This document shows, piece by piece, positions 14,742 to 28,510 of a DNA stretch of 64,000 nucleotides. The notes under the pieces were generated by a model. The model ran no database searches, had not been told where the DNA came from, and saw only the letters and a list, made by a program, of their open reading frames with translations. Source of the stretch: Octopus vulgaris (lineage: Eukaryota). The stretch's first letter is position 1, and every line of letters starts with the position of its first letter. A program made the position numbers and the translations under genes. The stretch lies in assembly GCA_951406725.2 (NCBI GenBank), contig OX597828.1, positions 61,876,001 through 61,940,000 of the forward strand, read 5' to 3'.

Positions 14742-16027
14742 GGAGGGACGTTCAATAAGTAATGCCTCTGACCCACTTGCAGTTGTTTGATCTAGCTGAA
14801 ATTTGCATGTGCAATTATTTATATCTCTATAAATTAAGTGGCAAATTACAGCTCTGAAATAATTGTGGTTTTTGATTTACAGGTGTTTGAACTGAGTCAA
14901 GTGTGAAATGGAGCCTGTTGAGTGGCGAGCAGTGATCCGGTGTTTGTATTTGAAAGGACGCACACCACGGAAGACTTTTGATGAAATGAAAGTAACTTAT
15001 GGTGATGATGCCCCATCATATGACCTTGTAAAACCTTGGCATAGTGAATTCAAACATGGTCGGAACTCTGTGGAAACAGCTCCCAGATCTGGTCACCCCT
15101 TCTGCCATTGATGAGGCATCTGTCCGTCAAGTTGAGGCTGCCATTTTGGAAGATCGACGCATAACTATTCGTCAAATAGCCCATGAGGTCAAGATTAATA
15201 CCGGGTCTGTGGAAACTATCATTCATGACCATCTGCACATGCAAAAGGTGTCTGCCAAATGGATTCCCAGGTTGCTCACACCGTTCCAGAAGCAAGAACG
15301 CGTCGAGTGCTCGAAGATGAATTTGGAGATGTGCCAAGATGAGTCAAAATTTTTCAAAAGTCTGATTACACAGGATGAAATCTGGGTCCATCACTATGAT
15401 CCAGAGACCAAAGCCCAGTCAATGCAGTGGAAGCACCGTGACTCACCTCCTCCAAAGAAGGCAAGGGTGCAGCCCTCCGCTGGTAAGGTCATGCTCACAG
15501 TCTTCTGGGACCAGGACGGAGTAGTGATGACAGATTTCCTGGCAAAGGGTACCACAATTACAGGAGCCTATTATGCTTCACTTTTGAGGAAATTAAGAGA
15601 AGCTATCAAAATCAAGAGGCGAGGTAAGATCAACAAAGGCATCCTCCTGCTGCAGGACAACGCTCCGTTCCACAACTCGCGTGTCACCAGATCAGAAGCA
15701 CAGGCATGTGGTTATGAACTCCTCCCCCATCCCCCTACTCTCCTGACCTTGCACCCTCTGATTTTCACCTCTTCCCAGCCATGAAGTTGTTTTTGAAAGG
15801 AAAGCGTTTCCCAGATGATGCAGCGTTGATTTCTGAAGTCACGTCGTGGTTGGATGACCAAGCTGGGGTCTTCTACAGAAACGGTCTCCAGAGCTGTATC
15901 AAACGATGGGAGAAATGTGTAACTCTGGGTGGTTCCTATGTAGAAAAAGACTAATAACGGTGCCAAGTTTCGTTGCTCTACTTCTATGGGAAGTGGGTCA
16001 GGGGCATTACTTATTGAACGCCCCTCG
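14742..16027 (+). mobile_element. Full-length mariner transposon, 1286 bp, irritans-like
   Basis: About 37-bp TIRs (GGAGGGACGTTCAATAAGTAATGCCTCTGACCCACTT / AAGTGGGTCAGGGGCATTACTTATTGAACGCCCCTCG); TA at 14740-41 and 16028-29. Confidence 0.96.
14908..15954 (+). pseudogene. Mariner transposase, two frameshifts (about 15100 and 15735)
   Basis: HTH N-terminus MEPVEWRAVIR..., WIPRLLT, QDEIWVHHYDPETK, LLQDNAP, YSPDLAPSDFHLF, RWEKCVTLGGSYVEKD*. Confidence 0.95.
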
Positions 16028-18598
16028 TAGCATTACTTTGCTTCTATCTCAGAGACAAGCCACAGGCTGTGCGTATCTTTCCTTTAATGTTTTTCCTGCG
16101 AGCCACATTTGTTCTTTATGTACCATCTGAACCGGGATACCGCTTCTATACATCAGCTACTTCTTCAAGTATTTAGAGTCTAAAGGAAGCTTTCCGAAGG
16201 ATCTACAGTTGCAAAATTCTAGATTAATGATTTTATTGAGATTAAAGATTTGTAAACCTATGTTTAGGAGAAAACTATAAGTGAAACTGTTAAATATTTT
16301 GAGATGAAATATTTTGAGAAATCTGTGTGAACGAGGGAAATATAAGTCATTAGAGTGAAGAAGCGTCCAGTGATATATATTGTCACGTTCTTGCTATATA
16401 ATTGATCGAAAGACAATATCTTTTACGCCTTTTACATGTAAATGGGGTAGGTTCAATATAATTGACGCCCTCATCGAAGTTTAATATCGCTAGCGCAACG
16501 TTGTAGTACAGTGCAGCCTTGTAGAATGTTACTGCACCCGAAGGATGGCAAAAGACGCGCTTATTGACGTTGCTTATGACTTATTTGATAATTGATGCTG
16601 GTGGTCTCTTTGTTTACGAAACGGGCCCTATTTATGTGTGCGAAGTCTCAAGTTAATATTCAAATAACTGATAGTTTTGAGATTGTCTAATCTTCAGGTT
16701 GTGTAATTATCTCAATTAATTTGTTTCCGAATGGTATCCAGATCATGTCCAGTTTTGTTATGAACTACCACTAAACTTTCATCCCTGTACAATCCTCTAT
16801 TGGCTTCCTTTATATTGCTGCTTGGCCTGTATACGATGGACAGGACAATTGAATTTCTGCTTTGTCGTAGCTCTTCGCCACCAGTGTTGTTTTTAGTCAT
16901 GCAATAGAAGTTTTAGAGAAGACGTAACGATATTTTAGCGTTCATGGTAATCTCCATATGGAATTGGTGAGTGAGGTGTATAGCTTACCGAACTCTAGAG
17001 CCTGCTTGACATGTCATTTCGAAAAACATGATTATTGTGTTACTTTTCAATCAAGCTGCTCATTGACGTATGAGAAAAGACACTTAACTTCTTGTAATAG
17101 GAACGAATGATTTACAATTATTTTACCAATCTCTGACTACAAATAAGTGTAAATGAATTTTATAAATTTAACAGAATGACGGAATTTCTTTTATTCAACA
17201 CTAAAATAACAGTCTACCTTTGTGCTTCTGTTCTTATGACTCGTCTACCTTATTCTGGTTCAGAGGTTGTCTTCGTGATTCAAATTTCGGCCCTAAGGCA
17301 GACTATTTAGCCATGTCTGTCTCGTATTCACAAAATTACGTATCACAAAACTCTTTCATTGAATTCAATACGTAGATTGCAACAGAGTGGCTGCTTTCTC
17401 AGAAAGAAAATCATTAGCATCATATTTGAACTGCCCTCGGTCATTTATACGGAAGTGACCATCAATTTCAAGAAAGCTCAGATCGTCGGCCAACCATCAT
17501 CATCTGAAACAAACGGATACGGTCAATAATTCAACCTAGCGACACAACTATATAAAACATATGAATATCATTTACCGTATATCATTTATTGTTTCTCAGA
17601 AGCCATTTCTTCGCCAACGGCGATGTTGATGGCAATAAACATCGTTTTAAATGTGCTGAAATGTTTCTGAAGAAACATCCTTAATGATTGTGACATCCCT
17701 ACAGACCTCAAAACATTAGTGTACATAGAAGAATTATTATCAACGCTCCCATTAGTCATCAGAAGCTTGGACAGCAAACCACTGATATCTGAAGGCACGT
17801 AAAAATTTCCGGCAATATAGTTTGAAGCAATATAAAAATCTGCTCAGAGGACAGAATAACCAATGCTAGTGAGCTGAATGAGGTCAAAACAAGAGTTGAC
17901 GCGTTCGACTTCGAGAGCCCACTAAGACAGAGCGGTCAGGTTTTTCAGATGAAAGAGTAATGGCCGTTGAAGCAATTTTGCTCCTAGCTTAAAGACAAAC
18001 GGATTTGATTGGATAGTTATCAGAGAAAGAGTTACAACTTTCAGAGTTAATATATGCGCTGATTAGGGCGTGGAGTAGAAAACCAGTAGCAACTTAAGCC
18101 TGATTCACTACATCCAATACTTGTCTTGAATGCGGAAGAACTCTCAAAGCCAAAAATGAACACATAAGTAACCCGGAACCCGAGAAATCGATCAACAGAA
18201 CGAAGCAATCATGACAGACCTGAAGGAATGTCACATTTATAGGAGTTTGGGCTTGGTTCAAAGAAAGAATTTCATTTCTGAACGCGTTTTTCTTCAGTTG
18301 AAGATACACTTGTATTATCTAGTGACTTACAAGTTTTGGGTAATTTACAGTATTTACAGTATTTTACAGGTTTACAGTATTTTCATTTTCCACTAATAGA
18401 CTTCTGATGCTTTAACTTACAAATTAAATTGCTTATCAGTTCTGTTAAATTCTGAAGTAGCATCAATCAAAGTTCTCTACGGTTTCACTACTATGTGAAA
18501 TGTGAAATATTTTCGAGCCGCCTCTTAGGCCAATTACTCTCAGCTTTCCATTTGTACTGCCTTTTCAACATTTCAAGTTTCACTATAATCTTTGGTAT

Positions 18599-18928
18599 CT
18601 AAAGAGCACTCCGTCAGTTGCGACGACGAGGGTCCCAGCTGATACGATCAACGGAATAGCTTGTACGTGAAATCAACGTGCAAGTGGCTGAGCACTCAAA
18701 AGACACGTGTACCCTTAACGTAGTTCTCAGGGAGATTCAGCGTGACACAACGTGTGACAAGGCTGACTCTTTGAAATAAAGGTACAACTCATTTTTGCCA
18801 CCTGAGTGGACTGAAGCAACGTGAAATAAAGTTTCTTGCTCAAGGACACAACGCGCCGCCGGGAATTGAACTTACGACCTTACGATCGTGAGCCGAATGC
18901 CCCAACCACTAAGCCACGCGCCTTCCAC
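18599..18928 (-). mobile_element. Complete tRNA-derived SINE with 12-bp TSD
   Basis: Head GAAGGCGCGTGGCTTAGTGGTT...AAGTTCAATTCCCGG on the minus strand; TSD AATCTTTGGTAT at 18587-18598 and 18929-18940. Confidence 0.9.
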
Positions 18929-19043
18929 AATCTTTGGTATAGTTGAACATGATAAAGCAAACTTTCTAGCTACTTTCGTATTTAATATTCCTTCTTAGAT
19001 AATTTGCAAGATCCGTTCTGTCAACATTACACTCACAAGAGTA

Positions 19044-21539
19044 TGTAGTGACGCTATACAGCGGCGCATGCGCGAAGCACCGGAAGAAGAACCCTTTTGC
19101 CTACGTGGCAGTTAGCCGAGGCAAGGGGATCGTAGAACGTTTGACCACTAGCAGCAGTCAGCAGCGACTTGAGACAAAAGCGACCGAAGGCAACGGACGT
19201 ATATTTTCTCGCTGTCCCTTCATGATAGCAGTCGGCCGAAGGCTTTAACCAAATTGTTGCAGACAACATCATCTTCCTCTTTCCGGACGCCATCTTTGAC
19301 CAGTGTCGTTAGCATTTGAACTTTGTAAATTCTACAGCGATTACGTTCAGCTCTGACACATCTATACCAAAGGGATACCCAGATATACCAATTATCTGTT
19401 ACTGTCATAAGAGAATAAAGTAGATATATATATTTTACGTCTGCGTCTTGTTGTTTCTGACTGGTAGAGAATCTGGATTATTAAAGCAACGGATAGTGAT
19501 TGCTTCTTGTACCCCGAAAGTACAAGAGAATATTATTCACACTAGTTCGTTACACTGGTGACCCCGACGTGATTCTGGTCTAAAACCAGAGATCACTTAA
19601 CAACAAAGAAATCCAGTTTTCTGCCGAGGTCGGAACACGATTTAACTCTACGCAGTCATCATCTTTCGACGATTTGTTTCCGGTCCCCTCGGACAGTTAT
19701 AGAAGGAGCCTTTTTTATTCTTCAACATAATGACGGACGCCATCATATCATCGATGCTTTTTCTCTGCCTTCGTCATCATCATCGTCGTCTTAGAACTTC
19801 ACGTCGTCGTTATCTTCGTCGCCATCACCACTAAGAACAATGTTGTCTCAAGTCCACTACAGTCGCCTTCCACCACCACCGTCGCCTTTCAACACCGTCG
19901 ACCAAGATGTACATAGCAACTCGCGGAAGTTTAGCCCACTTGCTGTTTGTGCATGGCACACCAAGGAATTAACAGCCCAGCACTATCTGCGAGATTCTTC
20001 TGTAACGATTTAACCTGTCACAGCATCGAAGCTACAACCGCTACACGATATGTGTTCAACCGGCATCTGCATTTGTGATCTCAACATTCTGTTACAGAAC
20101 GAACTGCTATTGTGCATCAGGCTATTAGAGACTGGTAAATTAACTCCATTGTCTGAAATAGCCCTGAGAGACATTTTTCCTATGCGCTGTATTTTTATTT
20201 TTGCTCGCATTCACCTTGTATGTATTTCTGTCGCACACACGTACACACACATAAATGCTATCTCTCTCACATACATACGTCACACATGCTTTTCTCGCTT
20301 GTTTTTTCCATGCTAAATTTGCCTTCTGTGGACACACCTCATTTCTGTAGACCCTAGGTCGGTCACGTATACATAGAGAGGGTTGTTTGTTCATTATAAC
20401 GCGCCAGCATGTCATACTTTTGTTCCTGTACGAACGAGGCATATAATCGCTCAACCACTGGCATATTCATTGCTGTTTTTCGGTCTGGCAAGCCCTATTG
20501 CATTTCATGCGCCTTTGCTCCGCACGTGTACTGCCTTGTTTTTGCAACACGTTTGCGTTAGCTTAATTCTTTTCCCTGTTAGACCCCTGTTGGTCACGTA
20601 ATTAACAGAGAAAATTATCTGTGTCGCGCATCACACCAGCATGCTTGCACTTTTTCCTTTTATGTTACTAGCGATCTATCTGTCGATTCCATTTCCTCTC
20701 CTGCAGCATTTGATTTAACTGCTATTTCGCAGGATCAACTACCTTTAGAAAAGTTGGATTTAATTTCGCCTAGGTTCATTAACTGTGAGTTTGCTTTCCT
20801 TCAGCGGAAGGCTCTATACTTTGTGACGTATCCACTTTCACGCATGCACTTTTGATTTTTGCTCCTTTTGAGTATTTTTTCTCTTTTTTCCTTTAGTAAA
20901 TTTCTTGTGTATGATGTAAATTTTGCCATTTTATTATATTGTGTGCTATTTGGTTATCTGGTATCCACCTTGAGTTTTATAGTCACTACAAGGAATTTTG
21001 TGTCGTGCTTCGCACTGGGGTGGAGCTCTGTAGTGACGCTATACAGCGGCGCATGCGCGAAGCACCGGAAGTAGAACCCTTTTGCCTACGTGGCAGTTAG
21101 CCGAGGCAAGGGGATCGTAGAACGTTTGACCACTAGCAGCAGTCAGCAGCGACTTGAGACAAAAGCGACCGAAGGCAACGGACGTATATTTTCTCGCTGT
21201 CCCTTCATGATAGCAGTCGGCCGAAGGCTTTAACCAAATTGTTGCAGACAACATCATCTTCCTCTTTCCGGACGCCATCTTTGACCAGTGTCGTTAGCAT
21301 TTGAACTTTGTAAATTCTACAGCGATTATGTTCAGCTCTGACACATCTGTACCAAAGGGATACCCAGATATACCAATTATCTGTTACTGTCATAAGAGAA
21401 TAAAGTAGATATATATATTTTACGTCTGCGTCTTGTTGTTTCTGACTGGTAGAGAATCTGGATTATTAAAGCAACGGATAGTGATTGCTTCTTGTACCCC
21501 GAAAGTACAAGAGAATATTATTCACACTAGTTCGTTACA
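19044..21539 (+). mobile_element. Non-autonomous LTR retrotransposon (Ty3/Gypsy-type signals)
   Basis: Two 511-bp TG...CA LTRs (19044-19554, 21029-21539) with 3 differences seen; 4-bp TSD AGTA; PBS; G-rich PPT-like CTGGGGTGGAG before the 3' LTR; no gag/pol ORF inside. Confidence 0.95.
19556..19573 (+). promoter_or_regulatory. Primer-binding site complementary to the tRNA-Trp 3' end
   Basis: TGGTGACCCCGACGTGAT, one base after the 5' LTR; reverse complement of ATCACGTCGGGGTCACCA. Confidence 0.9.
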
Positions 21540-22041
21540 AGTATTATGTTTACAATCCGAGTCAAAATGAAATCATTTGTTTCTTACCTGATATACTGTG
21601 TTTTTCTATTATTACTCCATGAAATTGCTTTTTGATGCAGATTGATTCAGTAACGCCATTTTATAACTAATTTATTTTGCGAATTGACATTTTAATATGA
21701 CGTTGCCATATTTATTTTCAGGCTTTTGACATGCTGTTATATATAGCGGAAATTAGATAGATGTAAATTCATGCATGGATGGACGGACAGATGGACGAAT
21801 GGATGGATGGATGGATGGATGGATTAGAGGATAATAATTTTATATTAAAGCAAGTAAATTGCAGGCCTGCGAGTTACTTTTAGAACATATACAAACGTTA
21901 ATGCACAAATGTAAACTAGTTCATTCGTAGACAACCTCTCGTCTTTTGGCCATCTTTTTTCACAGTATCGTCACAGCCACTCGGTTTAAAATGTGTGAAA
22001 GGGATGACCACCTCTGTCTTCTGTCAATATTCATTTCATGT

Positions 22042-22230
22042 CTGGCGGCGAGTCGCAGAATTGTTACCACGTTATACGGACAAAATTCTTAGCAGTATTT
22101 CGTCCGTCTTTACTTTCTAAGTTCAAGTGCCGCTGGGATCAATATAATAAGTACCAGTAGTGTACTAGGGTCGATGCAATCGACTTGCCTCCGCCACTGA
22201 AATTGCTGGCCTTGAGCCAAAATTTGAAAC
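22042..22230 (+). mobile_element. MetaSINE-like SINE, internally deleted, 17-bp TSD
   Basis: GGCGGCGAG..GCAGAAT.GTTA head, ATAAGTACCAGT core; TSD CAATATTCATTTCATGT at 22025-22041 and 22231-22247. Confidence 0.8.
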
Positions 22231-24145
22231 CAATATTCATTTCATGTTACCTTGTCATCGTCCTGTCTACTTCACTTTAACTACATGCATCGATACCTCT
22301 CTTTCTTCCTTTCTTTCTCTTTTTCTTCCTTCTTCCCGCCATCCCCCCTCTCACCCTCCCTTCATTTCTTCTTTTCTCTACGTATGTTCGTGTGTACGTT
22401 TGGCAGTGTGTGTGTGTGTGCAGCACGAGCATGTTTGTCCCTGTTGATTGTTCTCGGAATCTCACTCCGTAAGAATGGTTATGGGAGACCACTTCTTTGC
22501 TTCAGAAATGGAAACCGTTGAGCGGCGAGGGCCTGTCCCCACAGAAAACCCGTTTTGCTACTACAACCATGCAACGACCGAATTACTGTAGAACCGCGAA
22601 AAACGGGGACGAAGCGAGTAACTGACATCAAATGGTTTGTAAATGCTTGTATTATTGTCTTTTAACCCCGGTCAACTTTGGTCGAGTGGATCCATTCAAG
22701 CCGTGACCATCTCGTCTTTTCAGTCAGTTCATTTGAGACATTAAATATGTTCATTATTAAATGAAATTTGAGGGCGGCGTGGCTACTATTTCTAGGAGAC
22801 TAAACGACCACTGAAAGTCTTTCTCATGTATGTGTGTGTTTATGTGTGCATGTATGATGTGTATATGCGAATGTGTTTATAAAGAAGTATGTGTATGGGT
22901 ATTTAAAAGGAAATGCATATTTATGCTCATATGTTATTTGTATACGTGCGGGTGGTATATGCGCGTAAGAGTATGTGTATGTGCGCGTGTGGGAGCATGA
23001 GAATGCAATTTTATGTCTCTATGTATTTGCGTAAGTGTATATGCGTTTATGTATATTTGTTGGAGAATCGTCTGCAATTGAATTCCCAAATATAAATGTT
23101 GACAGAATTCTTACCATTGCATATTTGTTTTCCTTTCGTTTAGAATAAAATATAAACAATAACAACTAAATATAACAACAATATTAATAAAAACAAAAAA
23201 GATAAGTAACAACAGTTACTAAACAACAGCCACGGAGTCATTTTCAAAGACATATTGTTGACAGTTGAACATGAAGATGAATAAAACATGTACAAGTGGT
23301 GTCTTCTAGTAATGTAAGAGAGAGAGAGGGGGGGAGAAGAGAGAGTAATATAGGAAGGAGAAAGACAGAATGAAAATGTAAGAGAAAGAAAGGAAGAGGA
23401 GTGAGCGTGGAGAAAAAGATATAAAGGGAGAAAGGATGAGTCAGAAATAGTCTAAAAGAGATACAGAAAAAGTGAAAGAAGGAGGAAAAGACTGATAGAA
23501 GGAGAAAGGAAGATTCGGCTAAGAGAGACAGAGACAGAGAGATAGAGACAGACGAAGTGAGAGAGGGGTGAGAGACGACCGGGCATTTTCTCGCCATCAT
23601 TCGGTCATCTCCGCCTCCTATATCGGTGATGTCTTTCACCTCTTTGTCCCATTACCACCCTTTTTTTTTATAAGGCAAACCGAAGGAATGTTGCTCGCAG
23701 CCATATTTTTTAACTCGAGTCTAAAAGAATTCTTCTATGTTACATCTCTTTTACAATTCGTTCTTTTTCTTTCTTTTTTTTTATGAGTCGTTATTTTTTC
23801 ATCGTCTTGTCTTAGCCTTTTCTTTTTCTTCCTTTCCGTTTTTTCCATATATTTCCCTTGGTTATTTTAGATTTTTTCCTTTCAAAATACTTTTCTTTTT
23901 TTTTCCTTTTTTCGATTTTCAAAATATTTACTTTCACCTCCTCACTTCTAAAAAGAAACGCAGTTCCCGCTCTTCACCTTCTCTGCTCTGTTTTGCTTAA
24001 ATAACCTTCAATCAGAACGTGTCTCTTTCATTTTGCTAATGGATTCCTTTCTCTGGTTTTCTATTTATTTGTGTTCTTATATTCGTTGCTTTTGTTGTTG
24101 TTGTCGTTGAAACTGCTGATAATGATGACTGATGTTGATGGGAAT

Positions 24146-24176
<31 letters not shown>

Positions 24177-24279
24177 AAAGATGATATATAATTGATGGCA
24201 ATAAAGATGATGATTGATGACAATGAGGATGATTGTTGTTGTTGTTGCTCTTACTGGTCTTATTATTAGCCCACCAATG

Positions 24280-25335
24280 TTTATGAAAGAAAGAGCCAAT
24301 CAAATGCTGGAGTCGATGTAATTGACTAACCCCTACCAGCTCCATATTTCAAGCCTTGTGCCTATCTTAGAAGCCATTCTATAGGGCGGCGGTAGATTGG
24401 CAGAATCGTTAGAGTTGGCCACAATGACTTGCAGCAATTCTTTCGAGTTTTTACTTTCTGATTTCAAATACTGTCAGTTTCGCATTCGATCCTTCCGGGT
24501 CGGTACCAGTCAAATAGTGGGGTCGATGGTATCGACTAAACCCCTACCCTCAACATTGCTGGCGCTGTCCCTAAATATTTGAGGATGGTGGGTTGATAGA
24601 ATCTGAGGATGGTGGGTTGATAGTATTTCAACTGTTTACGCCTTGAGTTCAAATTCTACCGAGATCGACATTGCCTTTCATTCTTTCAGGACCGATAAAA
24701 CAGTACCAGTCGGGTACTGTGGCCGATGTAATCGACTAACCACTTCCCCACAAAACGTCAGGCCCTTTGCCTATAGCCGAAAGGATCATTAAGATGACAA
24801 GCTGACAGAATCGTTAGCACACCGGACAAAATACTTAGCGGAATTTCATCCGTCTTTACGTTCTGAGTTCTGTCGAGGTCGACTTTGTCTTTCATCCTTT
24901 TGGAGTCGATGAAATAAGTACCAGTAGGCCTTTTGCATTCAGTAAAAAAGATTGTTATTATTATTGGGAAATGAATTGCTAGAATCGTTTAAGCATCGGA
25001 AAAAAATGCCTTGCGGTATTTGATCCAGCTCTTTACGTTCTAGTTTCTAGTCCCATTGATGTCAACTTTGCCCATCATCCTTAGGTACTTAGGGTCGATG
25101 GCAACGACTAAACCCGTTCAAAAACTGTGGTCATTGTGGCTAATGTAATATAGTCACATTTAGAATTAAGGCGTGGTATTCGCAAAAAATACTTCGTCAG
25201 AAAATGCTTCGAAGCATTTGTCTCGGATCTTGAAATACCGCCGAAGTCAACTTCTTTAATTTTCTCAGAGTCGATAAAATAAAGTATAATCAGATATTCA
25301 ATACCTTCTCCCAAAATTGCTGGTTTTTGCCGGCT
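24280..25335. mobile_element. Cluster of about 5-6 partial MetaSINE-like copies
   Basis: Repeated GCAGAATCGTTAG heads and GTCGACTTTGCCTTTCATCCTTT..GTCGAT.AAATAAGTACCAG cores; last copy on the minus strand. Confidence 0.8.
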
Positions 25336-25625
25336 TAATTTTATTGTGACTTCACTGCACAAAGCTCTGAGTATAGAGTATTTTGATTTTTGATATTTCC
25401 ATTGTTTTGAACGAACTCTGCGAGTAGTGCTACTTTCTGTATGTTATATACTGCGGCTCTCTGCACTCTGAGTTCAAATCGCGATTAAAGCATTTTTGCT
25501 TTTCATTTTCATGGGAGATCTGTAAATAATGCCTAAATTTAGTACGGGATTAAATTCTTCTCTCCCTTATTCTTTCTTCTCTCCCTCCCAGTCTCCCTCT
25601 CTCACTCTCACTCTCTCTCTCTCTC

Positions 25626-25700
<75 letters not shown>

Positions 25701-26324
25701 GACTGTATTTCCAGATACATATTACTGCACGACTGTGTTAGTAAACACAACTCTGCATTCAGAACAAAACTGTAGCGAGCCATAAATAATACCTGCTAAA
25801 TTCCAGGCGTGTTTCTAAAACAGATAGGATGAAAGGGAACCTTTTGCTAAGCAGGTAGACGACACCCATCAAACAGTCTTTCAACCCAAACGTTGTCAGT
25901 GTGAAGTGTGTACTTTGATGTTAATAGTGAAGGATCGTTTCGGTGCTTCAAAGTATAATGATAGCACATGCTCTCATTAGCATGACTACCTTGAAACGGT
26001 CGTCTCAGTTAGAAAGTCTAGCAAATAGTTCGTGCATGAGGTTGGTTGGGTGACGCTGTCGACAATGAAGAGAGAAAGAAAAAAGGGAAGAGGAAATAAA
26101 GAGGAAAGAGAAAACGGAAACGGAGAAAGTAGAGAAAAAAAAACGAAGATAAAATGGGGGAATGTGGAGAGGCGAGAGCAGGAGTTGGACATGGAAATGA
26201 AAACAACAAACACTGATGATGACGAAGATGATGATGATGATGTTTACGACGACGACGACGACGGTGATAGGGTGGGGTGGCTTTGTGAAAGGAGTGTTTA
26301 CTTGATACCATTTAAAAACTGCAA

Positions 26325-26367
<43 letters not shown>

Positions 26368-26444
26368 TAAAAACAATAGAAAGAAACATTAACAAGCAAA
26401 ATAATGAAGGTAAAAGAGTGATCAAGGAATCTTTCCTATTTAAT

Positions 26445-26449
<5 letters not shown>

Positions 26450-26484
<35 letters not shown>

Positions 26485-26491
26485 ATATATG

Positions 26492-26525
<34 letters not shown>

Positions 26526-26592
26526 TGTATGTATGTATGTATATATATATATATATATATACATATATATACATACAGCATACACACATATA

Positions 26593-26628
<36 letters not shown>

Positions 26629-26644
26629 TGTATGCATGTATGTA

Positions 26645-26682
<38 letters not shown>

Positions 26683-26835
26683 TATATATATATATATATA
26701 CATACTTACATACATATATATCCATATATATATGTGTGTGTGTGTGTGTGCGTGCGTGTGTTTGTGTATGTATGTATGTATGTAGGTATGTATGTATGTA
26801 TGTATGTATGTATGTATATATACACACATACATAT
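26450..26835. repeat. Compound (TA)n/(TATG)n/(TG)n microsatellite
   Basis: Direct reading. Confidence 0.95.
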
Positions 26836-26838
26836 ATT

Positions 26839-28510
26839 ATGAAACCATCTCCCGTCTTATCGAAGCCAAACTCCGGACGTGCCAAGCCCTCGAGAACCAT
26901 GCCACTGCGGAGAACAAACGAAAACACCAGCAAGCATCAGCGGAATGCCAGCGAGGAATTCGAGAAGCTCATAACATCTGGTGGCTGAGGAAAGCAGAGG
27001 AGATGCAAAACTATGGGGACCAACGAGACTTGTACAGCTTTTATGCCGCAACCAAAGAGATCTTCGACCCCACAAAGTCATCAGTGGGCAGCCTGAAGAA
27101 CGCAGCTGGCTCCGCGATAACCGACACCCAGAGAATCCTCAATCGCTGGAAGTCTCATTTCGAGTGCCTACTTAACGACCACTCAAACACTCCTGACAAT
27201 CTCCTCCAAAACACCCCCACAGCTGCCCATCGCCATTGGATGTCCCTGCCGCCTTCGTGCCATGAGTTTCAACAAAGCACTTGCGCGCATGAAACCAGGG
27301 AAAGCTCCAGGACCAGACAACGTCCCGTTTGAGTTTTTCATGCACGGAGGTCCTGAGCTGAGAAATCATCTGGTGCTTCTTATCCTCAAGATCTGGGAAA
27401 GCAAGAGCCCCACCAACGACTTCCACGATCCAACTATCATCACCATCTACAAGAATGGAGACCGAGAGGATTGCAACAACTATCGGGGCATCTCACTCCA
27501 GAGTATTGCAAGTAAGATCTTCGCCCGTATCCTACTCAATCGCCTCCTCATCCTCGCGAATGACATGCTCCCTGAGTCCCAGTGTTGATTTCGACCCTCT
27601 CGAGGCACAACTGACATGATTTTTTTGTGCCCATCAACTCCAGGAGAAGTGTTAGGAACAACAGCAGCCTGTAATGTTCATCTTCTGGGATCTAAAGAAA
27701 TACCTTGACAGGGTCCCTCGTCCTGCAATGTGGGCCGTCCTTGCCCGGTATGGATGTCCGGGGGACTTCATTGCCCTGATCCGCTCCCTCCACGACGCCA
27801 TAGTGGGTAGGGTATGTCATCAAATTGCCCTCACAGACCCGTTTCCCATCATTGGGGGGGAGTCTTAAGCAAGGATGCGTCCTGGCACCAACCAGTTTCC
27901 CTTTGTACATGGCAGCCATGTTCAGCGAAATCCCACTAGACTCGCCTTCCATCAACATGCGCGATGATCGCTTAGATGGCATTCTTGCACGCCACCGTGC
28001 AAAGAGAGGACCTCCACTATCTCAGTCCCTGAGATGCAGTATGCCGACAACAATGCCACTCCGAGCCGGACCGCAGATGACTTGCAAAGGACGGCCGTTC
28101 TTTACAACGCGGTTTACGAACGCCTCAGGATGCAAGTAAATGCATTAAAGACCAAGACACTGATCCAACCTGCACCAGGCCAGAACAGCTCACCCACAAA
28201 CATTAGCATCAACGGCCACCCCCTAGAAGAAGTTGAACATTTCACATGCCTTGGAAGTATCCTTACGAAGACTCCCATGTGTGAAAGGGACGTGGAGAAC
28301 CGGATTGGAGCGTCCACTCCGCCTTCGGCAGACACAGCCAATGCGTATTCTTCAATCACGCTCTGACCATCCGGACAAAGATCATGGTGTTCCGTGTCAT
28401 TGTCCTCTCAACTCTTCTCTACGCTTGTGAGACTTAGACGTTGTACCGCCGTGAATTCAAGCGCCTTGAATGCTTCCAGCAATCGTAGCTACGACAGATC
28501 CTCAACATAT
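26839..28510 (+). mobile_element. RTE (BovB-like) LINE, truncated RT pseudogene
   Basis: [75 protein letters not shown](D), LEEVEHFTCLGS; stops and frameshifts. Confidence 0.93.

Noticed and set aside
19730-19834. Short Arg/His-rich ORF inside the LTR element
   Set aside because: Arises from TCG/TCA low-complexity sequence; no support for coding.
19054-21393. Duplicated 79-aa and 62-aa ORFs
   Set aside because: They lie within the two LTR copies; no gag/pol similarity.
24036-24345. His/Ile/Asn-rich ORFs
   Set aside because: (GAT)n and (GTT)n repeats.
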